DNA from: Candidatus Sumerlaeia bacterium
GTDB taxonomy: Bacteria; Sumerlaeota; Sumerlaeia; SLMS01; JANRJK01
Direction: 5' to 3'
DNA: 64,000 nt
Assembly: GCA_033764015.1 (NCBI GenBank)
Contig: JANRJK010000002.1
Coordinates: 1 to 64,000, forward strand
Numbering within the stretch: position 1 is the first letter of the stretch; every line of letters begins with the position of its first letter. The notes under the pieces were generated by a model. The model worked only from the letters and a program-made list of their open reading frames with translations, was not told where the DNA came from and did not search any database. Shown here one piece after another: positions 19,351 to 29,695 of the stretch. A program made the translations under genes and the position numbers.

Positions 19351-22206
19351 TTAATCCAGCAGCGTCCAGTCTTCCACGTTCGAGCGGTCGCGGACGATCG
19401 AAAGGGTGGGCGCCGCGAAGGTGCCCTGCTCCTTCGAGGCGAAGTCGATCGAGTTGGCGGTGAAGTCCACCCGGGTGACGATCAGCGTCGCCACGCCGTT
19501 GGTGTCCGCGTTCAGGAAGTCGGCGAGCGCCGCGCTCCTCATGCGGACGACTTCGCGGACTCCCTGCCGGAGCGTGAACGTCCCGAGGAAGTCGGTGTGC
19601 GCCGGGTCGACACCGCCGCCGGTGTCGCCGATGCTATCGTACGCGCCTCCGCCGCCGGTCAGTCCGGGCGCGTTGTTCCAGGTGATCTCGCCGGGGTTCG
19701 CGGCGGTGCCGGTGCCGGCGCCTTCGAGCCAGAACTCGTCGAGTTCGCCAGCACCGTAGGAGGGGGACTCGACAAGCCCGAACACGTTGAACGTCCAGGG
19801 TGAGATCAACCCGGTGTTGGTGGTCGAGATTTCGAGGGAGAACTCCGCGTGTTCCGTCGGCGGCTGCAGATCGGAGACGTCGAACCGGACGTAGGCGACC
19901 GAGGCGAAGATGTCATTGAACCGCGCGCGGATTCCAACGAGGCCGCCGAAGTTGTTGCCCGCGTCGCCGTTCGACGTAACGCGCGCGTCGGCACCGTTGC
20001 CGCTGGCGAGCGAGTCCGAGTCGTGGTCGAAGGTGGAGATGGCGCGGTCGAAGACGGCGACCACCACATCGTCGCTGGTCGAGAACTCGCCGTCGTCGAC
20101 CGTGAGGCGGAGTGTGTAGACGCCCGGCTGGTCGAAGTTCGCCGTGGTGGCCTCTGCCGACGGGTCGCCGAAGGTGACGTTCCCGGGACCGTCCTGCTTG
20201 CTCCAAATGCGCGTTGCAAAGCAGCTCCCGCTCGGAAGCCCGTCATCGTTCACGGCACCGGAGAGGCTTGTCGCAGCCGGCGCCCCGACGAGGCTCTGAT
20301 CGCGTCCGGCGGAGACGGTCGGGGCGCTGTTCGGGCCCGAGGGACGGAAGCTCGCGTAGAGCGACCAGCCCGCACCGCCCAAGCCGCCGGAGGTGGGCCC
20401 CGTGAAATCGCGGGTCTCCCCGTTTCGGATTTCCCGCACGAGGATGGAGTAGGGGTCGCTGGAGAAATTGGTCTCCTTCAGGCCGGCCACCGTCATGTTG
20501 GAGTCTTCGACGACGAACATCGGTTCCGGCGTGTCGCTATCGGTCGAGTAGAAGAAGGCGCCGAGCACCTCGGTGTTGCCGCCGTTGATCGTGCGGATCT
20601 TGGTGCCGCGGCGTTCGGTCTTGTAGCCGAGGATCCAAACATCGCCGCCATCGTTGAGGATGCTGGTCTCGCCGGCGCCGCGCTCGATGTTGAGTTGGCG
20701 GGCCCAGAGGCGCTGGTTGCGGATCGTGAGTGTCCCCATGACGACGTCCTCGATGAAGGCGTCGCCGGCGGAGGGGCCCGGCTCGTAGTCGTCCATGACC
20801 ATGTGCTTGATCACCACGGGTCGGTTGCTGTTGTGGACGATCGCCGAGCCGAAGCTGCCGAAGCGCTCGATGGCGAGCGGATCCGTGGTGTTGCCTTCGA
20901 TGATGAAGCGCCCGGCGCCGCCGATGCGGCCCTCGGTTCCGATGATCCGCTTCACGGTCGCGGGAACTGTGACGTCGGAGTTCATCGTGTAGCTGGCGGG
21001 GAATTGGCCCGACGCGCCGACAAACACGGTGTGGAACGGCGCCGTTCCGGTGGCGTCCATCGCCGCCTGGATCGCGGCGGTGTCGTCACCGCCGACCAGC
21101 GTCGCGCCGAAGGTGTCGATGTTCACCCACTCGGTCGCGGGGTCTCCCCAGGGCACGGCGGGCGGATTCTGCACCGGCAGGTTGAGCGATGTTTCCGGCG
21201 AGTCGCAAAGCCGCAGCGCGCCGTGGGTGAGCATCTCGGCGACGTTCGGCCCCGTCTGGCTCGGCACCGGGAGGAAGGCGCTGTTGGCGACCGCCGTCGT
21301 GTAGCCGCTGGTCGTCAGGTTGCGGATGAACAGGTCGTCTTCGTTGATGATTGCGGCGCCGCCGGTCGCGAGGGGATTCACCAGCGTCGAATCGATCAGC
21401 GTCATCGAGCTGTTCTGGTTCGTGTTGAAGATCGCCACCACCTCGTTGTTGCTCGTGAACTGGCGGAGGAACATCGTCTGTTGGTTGTTCGTCATCCCGC
21501 GGAACGTCTGGTTCTGGACCGTGACGCGCTCCATGGTGATCGAGTTCACGGTGAAGAAGGTGCGGATGCCTTCCTGGAATCCATCGATCAGGACGTCTTG
21601 GAGGAGGAGCGGGCCGATCTCGTTCGAATAGCTGAAGTCGATGCCGTAAACGCCGACGCCGGAGGGTGCCTTGACGGTGGTGTTGAAGATGCCGCCTTGG
21701 TTGTTCGCCTTGAACTGGATGCCGATCGCGCCGGGGTTGCCGACGCCCGCGTCGACCGTCAAGTCGTGGATGGCGTTGCGGAAGCGCTGCGCCACGCCGG
21801 TGCCGGTGTTGATCATGCCGCGCGGAGCGGCGGGGTTCTGGAAGAGCGGGGCGTTGTCCGCGAGGCGGATCGTGGTTCCCGTGCGGCTTTGCCCCTGCAG
21901 CGTGGTGTAGCGGGAGGACTGTTCGAGGCTCGGGTTTCCCCCGATAATGCCCCAAACAAGCGTGTCGCTAATCAAGTACGTCCCGTCCGGCAGGTAGATG
22001 ATGCAGTTCCCGTCGGGGTGGTCGAAGAGCGCTTGGTTGATCGCACTTGTGCAATCCGTTACTCCGTCGCCCACCGCGTTGTAGGGTGGTTGGGTAACGT
22101 CGACGATTCGTGAACCAGCGGGGAAGGTGACGCCTTGTGCAGGCAGGAGCGGGCTGAAGGCGAGCGCAGCCGCCACCATCCCGATCCGGATGACTAGGGA
22201 ATCCAT
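19351..22206 (-). CDS. Secreted beta-helix glycoside hydrolase/lyase (Pectate_lyase_3, GH55-like) with PKD-like and C-terminal accessory domains
   Basis: Two beta-helix starts (AVGDGVTDCTSAINQA; FGA..GGDDTAAIQAA); PKD-like NSAPTVSAG...GVYTLRLTVDDG; signal peptide; ends SNVEDWTLLD. Confidence 0.8.
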   Translation of the reverse strand: MDSLVIRIGMVAAALAFSPLLPAQGVTFPAGSRIVDVTQPPYNAVGDGVTDCTSAINQALFDHPDGNCIIYLPDGTYLISDTLVWGIIGGNPSLEQSSRYTTLQGQSRTGTTIRLADNAPLFQNPAAPRGMINTGTGVAQRFRNAIHDLTVDAGVGNPGAIGIQFKANNQGGIFNTTVKAPSGVGVYGIDFSYSNEIGPLLLQDVLIDGFQEGIRTFFTVNSITMERVTVQNQTFRGMTNNQQTMFLRQFTSNNEVVAIFNTNQNSSMTLIDSTLVNPLATGGAAIINEDDLFIRNLTTSGYTTAVANSAFLPVPSQTGPNVAEMLTHGALRLCDSPETSLNLPVQNPPAVPWGDPATEWVNIDTFGATLVGGDDTAAIQAAMDATGTAPFHTVFVGASGQFPASYTMNSDVTVPATVKRIIGTEGRIGGAGRFIIEGNTTDPLAIERFGSFGSAIVHNSNRPVVIKHMVMDDYEPGPSAGDAFIEDVVMGTLTIRNQRLWARQLNIERGAGETSILNDGGDVWILGYKTERRGTKIRTINGGNTEVLGAFFYSTDSDTPEPMFVVEDSNMTVAGLKETNFSSDPYSILVREIRNGETRDFTGPTSGGLGGAGWSLYASFRPSGPNSAPTVSAGRDQSLVGAPAATSLSGAVNDDGLPSGSCFATRIWSKQDGPGNVTFGDPSAEATTANFDQPGVYTLRLTVDDGEFSTSDDVVVAVFDRAISTFDHDSDSLASGNGADARVTSNGDAGNNFGGLVGIRARFNDIFASVAYVRFDVSDLQPPTEHAEFSLEISTTNTGLISPWTFNVFGLVESPSYGAGELDEFWLEGAGTGTAANPGEITWNNAPGLTGGGGAYDSIGDTGGGVDPAHTDFLGTFTLRQGVREVVRMRSAALADFLNADTNGVATLIVTRVDFTANSIDFASKEQGTFAAPTLSIVRDRSNVEDWTLLD

Positions 22207-22509
22207 GAGGAAGTGCTTCCGTTTTCCGTGAGTGTCGTGTCGAACGAGCAGCAACGGGAATGCCATCTGGCTGGGCGCTCACTGGTCGCGAGCGATGCTG
22301 CCGTGGCACCGTTTCATTTCGACTCAGCCCCGGGTGGGTGCGTTCCCGCCTGCGGGAACGGGCAAGCGAACCTCGACAGTTTGCGAGCACTAAGGTGAAC
22401 ATTTTCAGCTCCTTTCGCCGCATCCGCCTCCGGCACGATGAGTGCATCCCAGCCCGGTGTTGCGGGCCGCTGGCCGCTGTCCGCGTTCAATTCGCCAAGG
22501 AGAGCTGCA

Positions 22510-24402
22510 ATGGCCAAGGCAGTCGGAATCGATCTCGGCACCACCAACTCGGTCGTCGCCGTGATGGAGGGCGGTCAGCCCGTAGTGATCGCCAACGCGG
22601 AAGGCTTCCGCACGACGCCTTCCGTGGTCGCCTTCACGAAGGACGGCGAGCGCCTCGTCGGCGCGGTCGCGAAGCGCCAAGCGGTGATGAACCCTGAAAC
22701 CACGATCTATTCGGCCAAGCGCTTCGTTGGCCGCACGCACGACGAAGTCGGCGGCGAAATCGGCATGGTGCCCTACCACGTGGTGGCAGGGCCGAACCGC
22801 GCCGCGCGCTTCGACATCAACGGCAAGCTCTTCGCCCCCGAGGAGATCGGCGCGCAGGTCCTCCGCAAGCTGGTGGACGACGCCTCGAAGTACCTCGGCG
22901 AGAAGGTGACCGACGCCGTCGTCACGGTGCCGGCCTACTTCAACGACGCGCAGCGCCAAGCGACCAAGGACGCGGGCAAGATCGCGGGCATCAACGTGCT
23001 CCGCGTGATCAACGAGCCCACCGCCGCGGCGCTCGCCTACGGCATGGACAAAAAAAAGAACGAAACGGTCCTCGTGTTCGACCTCGGCGGCGGCACCTTC
23101 GACGTGTCGATCCTCGAAGTCGGCGACGGCGTTTGCGAAGTGAAGTCCACGAGCGGCGACACGCACCTCGGCGGCGACGACTTCGACAAGGCGCTCGTTG
23201 ACTTCCTCGCGGACGAGTTCCGCAAGGAGCAGGGCATCGACCTGCGCAAGGACCGCCAGGCGCTCCAGCGCCTCACGGAAGCGGCGGAGCGCGCCAAGTG
23301 CGAGCTCTCCTCCGCCACCACCACGAACGTGAACCTGCCCTTCATCACCGCGGACCAGAACGGCCCGAAGCACCTGAACAGCACGCTGACCCGCGCGAAG
23401 TTCGAGCAGCTCACGGCGACCCTCGTGGACCGCTGCCTCGGCCCCGTGAAGCAGGCGCTCGCGGACGCGAAGCTCGGCGAGAAGGATATCGACGAGGTCA
23501 TCCTGGTCGGCGGTTCGACCCGCATCCCCGCGGTGCAGGCGCTGGTGAAGAAGCTCACCGGCGGCAAGGAACCCAACATGTCGGTCAACCCGGACGAAGT
23601 GGTCGCCATCGGCGCCGCGGTCCAGGCCGGCATCCTGAAGGGCGAAGTGACCGATGTGCTGCTGCTCGACGTGACGCCGCTTTCGCTCGGCGTCGAGACG
23701 CTCGGCGGCGTGATGACGCGCATCATCGAGCGCAACACCACGATCCCGTGCCGCCGCTCCGAGACGTTCTCCACCGCCTCCGACAACCAGTCGGCGGTGG
23801 ACGTGGTGGTGCTGCAGGGCGAGCGGCAACTGGCGCGCGACAACCGCAAGCTGGGAACCTTCCGCCTCGAAGGCATCCGCCCCGCGCCGCGCGGCGTCCC
23901 CCAGGTCGAGGTGACCTTCGACATCGACGCGAACGGCATCCTCAACGTGACCGCCCGCGACAAGGACACGAGCAAGGAGCAGAAGATCACGATCTCCGGC
24001 TCGACGAACCTCGACAAGGGCGAGGTGGACCGCATGGTCAACGACGCCGAAGCCCACGCGGCCGACGACAAGAAGGCCAAGGAAGCGGTCGAGGCGCGCA
24101 ACACGCTCGAAAACGTCGCCTACCAGGTCGACAAGCTGGTGCGCGAAGGGGGCGAGCGCGTGCCCGCACACGAGAAGGCCCGCGCCGAGCAGCTCGTCGC
24201 CGACGCCCGCAAGGCGATCGCCGACCAGGCCGAAGCGGATCGCTGCCATGCGCTGGTGTCGGAACTCCAGCAGGTCGCCTCCGGGCTGGCCCAGCACGCC
24301 GGCGCCGCGCCCAACACGCCGCCCTCGGAGACCGCCGGCGTAGGCGCCGGCGCCGCCAAGGACGACGATGTGATCGACGCCGAGTTCAAGCCGAACAACT
24401 AA
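22510..24402 (+). CDS. dnaK: Chaperone DnaK (Hsp70)
   Basis: [38 protein letters not shown]-terminal DVIDAEF. Confidence 0.98.
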   Translation: MAKAVGIDLGTTNSVVAVMEGGQPVVIANAEGFRTTPSVVAFTKDGERLVGAVAKRQAVMNPETTIYSAKRFVGRTHDEVGGEIGMVPYHVVAGPNRAARFDINGKLFAPEEIGAQVLRKLVDDASKYLGEKVTDAVVTVPAYFNDAQRQATKDAGKIAGINVLRVINEPTAAALAYGMDKKKNETVLVFDLGGGTFDVSILEVGDGVCEVKSTSGDTHLGGDDFDKALVDFLADEFRKEQGIDLRKDRQALQRLTEAAERAKCELSSATTTNVNLPFITADQNGPKHLNSTLTRAKFEQLTATLVDRCLGPVKQALADAKLGEKDIDEVILVGGSTRIPAVQALVKKLTGGKEPNMSVNPDEVVAIGAAVQAGILKGEVTDVLLLDVTPLSLGVETLGGVMTRIIERNTTIPCRRSETFSTASDNQSAVDVVVLQGERQLARDNRKLGTFRLEGIRPAPRGVPQVEVTFDIDANGILNVTARDKDTSKEQKITISGSTNLDKGEVDRMVNDAEAHAADDKKAKEAVEARNTLENVAYQVDKLVREGGERVPAHEKARAEQLVADARKAIADQAEADRCHALVSELQQVASGLAQHAGAAPNTPPSETAGVGAGAAKDDDVIDAEFKPNN

Positions 24403-24437
24403 CCCGCAACACCGCTCCCACCGGGGTTGTGCCGGGC

Positions 24438-24469
24438 GCGGCGGCGGGGAAACGCTTTCCCGCCGCCGC
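24438..24469 (+). terminator. Intergenic hairpin between dnaK and grpE
   Basis: GCGGCGGCGGG..AAA/TTTCCCGCCGCCGC inverted repeat. Confidence 0.5.
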
Positions 24470-24490
24470 CTCCCGGATCGGACCCCGACC

Positions 24491-25066
24491 ATGATCGACT
24501 GGTTCGCCCGCAAACTGGGCTTCCCCAACCAATCCCAAGACCCGCGAGGAACCGACCCGATGAGCGAGGCCGAGACCACCCCCAATGGCGCCGACCAGGC
24601 CCGCGTGCTCGACGCCGAGCTTGCGCCCGAGCAGCCCGCCCCGCGCGACGCGATGCAGGAAAAGCTGCTCCGGCTCGCCGCGGATCTCGAGAACCTCCGC
24701 CGCCGCACCGCGCGCGACATCGAGTCGGCCCGCCAGCGCGAGCGCGAGAACATCCTGCGCGGCGTCCTCGAAGTGGTGGACAACTTCGAGCGCGCCCTCT
24801 CCGCCCAAGGCGCGGAAGGCAACCAGTGGCTCGAAGGCATGGAGGCGATCCACGGCCAGCTCGTCGGCGTGCTCCGCCGCCACGGCGCCGAGCCGATCAA
24901 CTGCGCCGGCGCCACCTTCGACCCGAACCAGCACGAAGCCCTCGCCGCGATCCCCAAGCCGGACGCGGTAGACGGCGCGATCATCGAAGTGGTCCAGAAC
25001 GGCTACAAGTTCGCCGACGGCTCGATCCTCCGCCCCGCGCGCGTGGTGGTAGTGCGGAACGGGTAG
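24491..25066 (+). CDS. grpE: Nucleotide exchange factor GrpE
   Basis: ADLENLRRR, DNFERAL, FDPNQHEA, GY...ILRPARVVV; start could be 24560. Confidence 0.95.
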   Translation: MIDWFARKLGFPNQSQDPRGTDPMSEAETTPNGADQARVLDAELAPEQPAPRDAMQEKLLRLAADLENLRRRTARDIESARQRERENILRGVLEVVDNFERALSAQGAEGNQWLEGMEAIHGQLVGVLRRHGAEPINCAGATFDPNQHEALAAIPKPDAVDGAIIEVVQNGYKFADGSILRPARVVVVRNG

Positions 25067-25119
25067 GGGGGTGGTGGAGGAGGCTTGCTGGTGAAATCTT
25101 TTACGCCGTCGATTCCGCC

Positions 25120-25152
25120 TTGACAGCGGTGGGTGGGGGGGGGGGGGAGTCT
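25120..25152 (+). promoter_or_regulatory. Putative sigma70 promoter with G13 tract in the spacer
   Basis: TTGACA (25120-25125), G13 (25135-25147), GAGTCT (25147-25152); spacer is 21 nt as assembled. Confidence 0.5.
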
Positions 25153-25172
25153 GCGAGCATGAGAGGTGCTAA

Positions 25173-25658
25173 ATGAGAACCACCGCAAAACTAGCGGCCA
25201 TCCTGTTCTTGGGAACAATCTTCGCCACCCCAGCCCTCATGGGCTCGACTCCTATCACGTTTGCAAGGTGCCAAGGGTCTAATCCGTGCGCAAAGCCGAG
25301 TGCCGAAGCTTGCATCAATTGTTCCCCCCTTCAACAGGGAACGTCGTGTGGGCGAGTAAACACCGGCGGGGACTGCGTCCCTAGCTTCTCTTGGGATAAG
25401 GTTCCCGCAGGGCGGTGTGTCCGCTCCGAGACGATTAGGGATACTTGCTCAATGATCTCAAGGCTGCGCTGCCTTTTGTGGTACAAGTGTATTGAAAGTG
25501 AGAGTTTTCCTAATACATGCCTTTTCGAAGTCACTGGAGGCACATCTGACGGAGCCACACTTTCTAATGTATGCGACGCTCCGTTGCCTCCACGAAAGAA
25601 TGCTATCGCACCACCACCCACCCGTGAATTAGAGCACGGCGAAGGAAGCGAACGATGA
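25173..25658 (+). CDS. Secreted 12-Cys small protein (module copy 2)
   Basis: GAGAGG RBS; signal peptide; 12 Cys; visibly lower GC than flanks. Confidence 0.8.
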   Translation: MRTTAKLAAILFLGTIFATPALMGSTPITFARCQGSNPCAKPSAEACINCSPLQQGTSCGRVNTGGDCVPSFSWDKVPAGRCVRSETIRDTCSMISRLRCLLWYKCIESESFPNTCLFEVTGGTSDGATLSNVCDAPLPPRKNAIAPPPTRELEHGEGSER

Positions 25659-26602
25659 AGCAACACCTAGAATTCGGTTTGGCACGGGTGCTACTCATTG
25701 TGGCATTGGGCAGCGCTTTGCTTAGCGGTGCGGGGGGAGCCGAACTACCTACCTACCCTAACCAAGAGGTGGGATTCTGGACTGAGGCTGAATTCCGGAA
25801 TGATCAAGGTGACATCGAAAGAGAATATAGCCACATCCTTGTTAGGACGAGAGGTAGTCAAGCGTTGATTTGGGTGACTCCGGATCAGTCGCATCCACTC
25901 CGCCCCGGCCAAATTTCGCTCGCAACGACTCTTGATGGCGACCGCATCACCTCATGCTTGATCCATGGGACGGACATCGTTCCGAAAGAGCAAGCATGGA
26001 TCCAGCCGGCTCCGGTCGTGCCAGTCGTTGAAAGCGACTTCGAGATTTACCTTGATACAATTACACATAGGTTGCGGGCATTCGAAGAAATGACGGGCGG
26101 CGCCGCCGAGGTTGGCGGTTACGCAGCCATGTCTACCAAAACGACAAACCACCCTGCTGGATTCTCCTTCTACCCCGAGATCAATCGTGATCGCGACCCG
26201 GCGACCGGGAAACTCCGCAGCCACCGCACTCAACTTCTGTACCTCTTTCCAGACGGAGAGCAGGTAGAGTGGCCAAAGAGCGAAATCATATACACGCGCG
26301 ATGCAACAGGGATGGCTGTGCAGATTGAGCTCACAGCCGTCCAAGACCCCAGCCGCTACTTTGATGAAGACAACATTGCGACTGCTGCCGCAATGCGCGC
26401 GATTCTTCAATCGCCGCCCGACGACTTCATCAAGAGAGTCTGGTCTTGCGGGTTAATCGAAGTGAAACCGCTGGCAGAAGACTCGTGGGTGTCCCTAACC
26501 GATCCGACGGCGCCGATCCCGATAAGGTGGGCGGCCGGTCAAAGCACCCCGATCAACCTGACTCCGGAAGAAGTGGTTCAATTCCTCGCACCCGCCGAGT
26601 AA
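25655..26602 (+). CDS. Secreted hypothetical protein, partner of 12-Cys protein copy 2
   Basis: ATGA overlap with the upstream gene; signal peptide; atypical codon usage. Confidence 0.8.
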   Translation: MKQHLEFGLARVLLIVALGSALLSGAGGAELPTYPNQEVGFWTEAEFRNDQGDIEREYSHILVRTRGSQALIWVTPDQSHPLRPGQISLATTLDGDRITSCLIHGTDIVPKEQAWIQPAPVVPVVESDFEIYLDTITHRLRAFEEMTGGAAEVGGYAAMSTKTTNHPAGFSFYPEINRDRDPATGKLRSHRTQLLYLFPDGEQVEWPKSEIIYTRDATGMAVQIELTAVQDPSRYFDEDNIATAAAMRAILQSPPDDFIKRVWSCGLIEVKPLAEDSWVSLTDPTAPIPIRWAAGQSTPINLTPEEVVQFLAPAE

Positions 26603-26800
26603 TCTTCCGGTCGCTGCGCTCACCCCCCGCAAAATGCAGCCGCAGCAGCTCCCCCTCCGTTTCGATCAGGGCGCGGTGCTCCGCGCGGTCGAAGGCGATT
26701 TGACCGGCCTTCCGCTCAGAGCGGGGAGCCCACCCTTGACGGGGCCGCCGCGGGGCGGCGAGCGTTCGCCCGCCGGTCAACCCCCTTCGGAGCCCCGCCG

Positions 26801-27286
26801 ATGGCCGCGGACGTTGAAGCCCTCTACGCGCTCACGCAAAGCCCCGTCTTCCACGGCGCGCCGCGCAGCGCCCTCGCGTCACTCGCCCCGCACGCCCGCA
26901 AGGTGCTATTCCGCGCCGACGAGGTGGTCGTCGAGCAGGGGAAGCTCGAGAAGCACTTCGCGCTCATCATCGAGGGGCGAATGAAGGTGGCGATGGCGCC
27001 GAAGAACACGCCCTCGGTGAACCGCCTCTCCGACATCAAGTTGAACGAGCTGCGCGAGGGCGACTGCTTCGGCGAATACTCGCTGATCGACCGCACCGCG
27101 ACGTCCGCGTCGATCACCGCGGTGACGCCGGGCGCCTACTTCGCGATCCCGGTCGCGAGGCTGGAGGAGGCGCTAGAGGCGGACGACCGGTTCGCCAAGT
27201 CGGTGTACGCGAATCTGCTCAAGCTGCTGCTGGGCCGCCTCCGCAAGAAGGAGCGCGAGTACGATCTGAGCCTGCTGTACGACTGA
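26801..27286 (+). CDS. Stand-alone cyclic nucleotide-binding domain protein
   Basis: VVEQG, IIEG, GDCFGEYSLI..SASITA; no HTH. Confidence 0.85.
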   Translation: MAADVEALYALTQSPVFHGAPRSALASLAPHARKVLFRADEVVVEQGKLEKHFALIIEGRMKVAMAPKNTPSVNRLSDIKLNELREGDCFGEYSLIDRTATSASITAVTPGAYFAIPVARLEEALEADDRFAKSVYANLLKLLLGRLRKKEREYDLSLLYD

Positions 27287-27302
27287 ACCAACGCGATCCC
27301 CT

Positions 27303-28739
27303 TTGCCCCGGCGGGTGTTTCGCGTGCCCGCTCCCGGCGTGACCGACCCGCACGCGCGCTCCGCCTTCCGCCTCGCATTTCCCTCCATCGTCGAAAACTT
27401 CTTCCACTCCGCCGTGTACATGGTGGACGCGATGTTCCTCGCGACGCTGGGGGAGAGCGAACTGGCGGCGTCGTCGTTCGCGGGGATGCTGATGTGGCGG
27501 TTAAACGCGACGGTGGCCTCGCACCAGTACGCCTTCGGCGCGTACATCGCCCGCCGCTGGGGCGAGGGGCGCCACGCGCTCGCCCGCGAAGCGGCTTCGC
27601 ACGCCGTCACCCTCGCCGCCGTCCTCGGGATGGTCGTCGTCATCGCCATGATGCCGCTGCTGGAGCTGGTGCTCGGGCTGCTGAGCGGAAGCGCCGAGGT
27701 GGTGCCGACCGCCTACGTGTACATCGTGCCGATCCTGCTGGCGTTCCCGCTCCAGCAGGCGCGCGTGGTCCTGTCGTCGTCGCTGCGCGCGGCGGGCGAC
27801 ACGGTGTCGCCGCAGATCGCGACGCTGATCGTAAACCTGGTGAACGTCTTCCTGAACTGGGTGCTCATCTTCGGCAACCTGGGCGCGCCGCGCCTGGGGA
27901 TCATGGGGGCCGGGATCGGCACCGCGCTGGCCATCGCGACCGGCGCGCTGTTCCTGTTCTTCCGCGCGCGCTTCGGCATCCGCCCCCGGAAGCTCTTCGC
28001 CGACGCGCCGCGCCGCGCGGGCGCGTCGCAGCGCGACTCCGCCGTGGTGGCGCTGCCGACGCGCGGCGCGCGCCTGTGGCTGCCGAGCGTCACGCCACGC
28101 ATCGCACGCCTCGCGGGGCCGTCGCTCATCGAGGAGATCCTGATCACGATCGGGTTCCTTGGTTTCTTCCGCATGATCACCGACTGCGGCACCACGGCGA
28201 TGGCGGCGCATTCCGCGGTGAGCGCCATCGAGAGCCTCAGCTTCAACGCGGGTGCGGGGTTCGCCTTCGCGGCGGGCACGCTCGTGGGCCAGTGCCTCGG
28301 GCGGCGCGACAAGGCGCTCGCGCTGCGGTCCATGCAGCTCTGCGTCTTGTTCGCGGTCGTCGTGATGGGGGGCCTGGGGATCTGCTTCGCCGCCTTCCCC
28401 GGAGTCTTCGTGCGCGCTTTCCTGCCCCCCGATGCTGGGCCGGACTTCGCATACACCGCGACGATCCTCCTGTTGATCGTCGCGGTCGAGCAGCCGGTCC
28501 TCGGCGCGACCCAGGTCCTCGGCGGGAGCCTACGCGGCGCGGGCGACACGCTGTCGCCGACCATCGCGCAGATCGCGGGCACCGTGTGCGTCCGCCTGGG
28601 GCTCGGCTACTACCTGGCCTTCGGACTCGGTTGGGGGGTGGTCGGCCTCTACTGGGCCACCGTGGTGGATTGGACGCTGCGCACCAGCGTGCTTTCGTAC
28701 CTCGTCTTCCGGGGAAGGTGGTCGCGGATCCATGCGTGA
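27303..28739 (+). CDS. MATE family efflux transporter
   Basis: LRAAGDT and LRGAGDT repeats; NWVLIFGNLGAPRLGIMGAG. Confidence 0.9.
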   Translation: MPRRVFRVPAPGVTDPHARSAFRLAFPSIVENFFHSAVYMVDAMFLATLGESELAASSFAGMLMWRLNATVASHQYAFGAYIARRWGEGRHALAREAASHAVTLAAVLGMVVVIAMMPLLELVLGLLSGSAEVVPTAYVYIVPILLAFPLQQARVVLSSSLRAAGDTVSPQIATLIVNLVNVFLNWVLIFGNLGAPRLGIMGAGIGTALAIATGALFLFFRARFGIRPRKLFADAPRRAGASQRDSAVVALPTRGARLWLPSVTPRIARLAGPSLIEEILITIGFLGFFRMITDCGTTAMAAHSAVSAIESLSFNAGAGFAFAAGTLVGQCLGRRDKALALRSMQLCVLFAVVVMGGLGICFAAFPGVFVRAFLPPDAGPDFAYTATILLLIVAVEQPVLGATQVLGGSLRGAGDTLSPTIAQIAGTVCVRLGLGYYLAFGLGWGVVGLYWATVVDWTLRTSVLSYLVFRGRWSRIHA

Positions 28740-29664
28740 GGAGTCTTCCCCCGGCTGGGTCGGGCCGGTCTCGGTGCTGGCCGGCGCGGTGCTGTTCAGC
28801 ACCGGCGGCATGGGCATCAAGCTCCTGTCGGAGTGGCCGCCGCTCGCGGTCTCCGCTGGTCGCTCGCTGCTGACCGCGCTCTTCTTCGCGGCGCTCCTGC
28901 GGGGGCGCGTCCTTCCGGACCGCGCGGCGGCGCCCTGGGTGGCGGCGGGGGCGCTCGCGTACTGCGGCGTCGTGAGCGGCTTCGTCTTCGGCAGCCGTCT
29001 CACCACGGCGGCGAACGCGATCCTGCTGCAGTCGACGGCGCCGCTCTGGATCGCGCTGTTCGGCTGGCTCTGGCTGCGCGAGCGCCCCGCGCGCGGCGAG
29101 CTCGCCGCCCTCCTCCTCGGCGGCGTCGGCATGGCGTTCTGCATCGGCGGCAGTTCGGAGGCGGAGGTCGCGGGGGGCTCCGCGCTGGCGCGCCTGGGCG
29201 ACCTGGTCTCGCTCGCCTCCGGCGTCGCCTTCGCCGCCCTCATCGTGCTGCTCCGGCACGCGACGCACCGGCTCGGCGAAGGGGAGTCGGGCAGCGGCAC
29301 CGCGCTGCGGATGATCCTCTTCGGCAACCTCGTGGCGGCCTCCTTCGGCGTCCCCTCGCTTATCGAGAACCTGGGCGTGGCCGCGGTGCCGGAGCGCCCG
29401 CTCTGGGCGGGGCTCGCGCTGCTGGCGTGGCTCGGCTTCGGCCAGCTCGGCGGCGGCTACTTCTTCGTGCAGCGCGGGCTCCGCAGCACCGCGCCGCTCG
29501 CCGCGAGCCTCCTCCTGCTGCTCGAACCGGTGCTGAACCCGATCTGGGTGGCGCTGGCGGTGGGGGAGGTCCCCCCGCGCGGCACCTTCATCGGAGGCGC
29601 GTTCGTCCTGGCGGCGTGCGCGGCGGCGTCGCTGGGCGGGCGGAGGAGCGAGGCGAGCGCTTGA
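28732..29664 (+). CDS. DMT/EamA family transporter
   Basis: TTAANAILLQSTAP, LLEPVLNPIWV; about 10 TM segments. Confidence 0.9.
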   Translation: MREESSPGWVGPVSVLAGAVLFSTGGMGIKLLSEWPPLAVSAGRSLLTALFFAALLRGRVLPDRAAAPWVAAGALAYCGVVSGFVFGSRLTTAANAILLQSTAPLWIALFGWLWLRERPARGELAALLLGGVGMAFCIGGSSEAEVAGGSALARLGDLVSLASGVAFAALIVLLRHATHRLGEGESGSGTALRMILFGNLVAASFGVPSLIENLGVAAVPERPLWAGLALLAWLGFGQLGGGYFFVQRGLRSTAPLAASLLLLLEPVLNPIWVALAVGEVPPRGTFIGGAFVLAACAAASLGGRRSEASA

Positions 29665-29695
29665 CGCCCCGCCCCGCTTCCACGCAACTCGACGC

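Noticed and set aside
22300..22509. CIRCE or HAIR heat-shock operator before dnaK
   Set aside because: Only partial half-sites; no complete inverted repeat with the right spacing. GTGCTAA at 25166 is also only a half-site overlapping an RBS region.
23050..23057. A8 tract inside dnaK as a slippage site
   Set aside because: In frame, encoding the conserved DKKKNE segment; the gene is intact.
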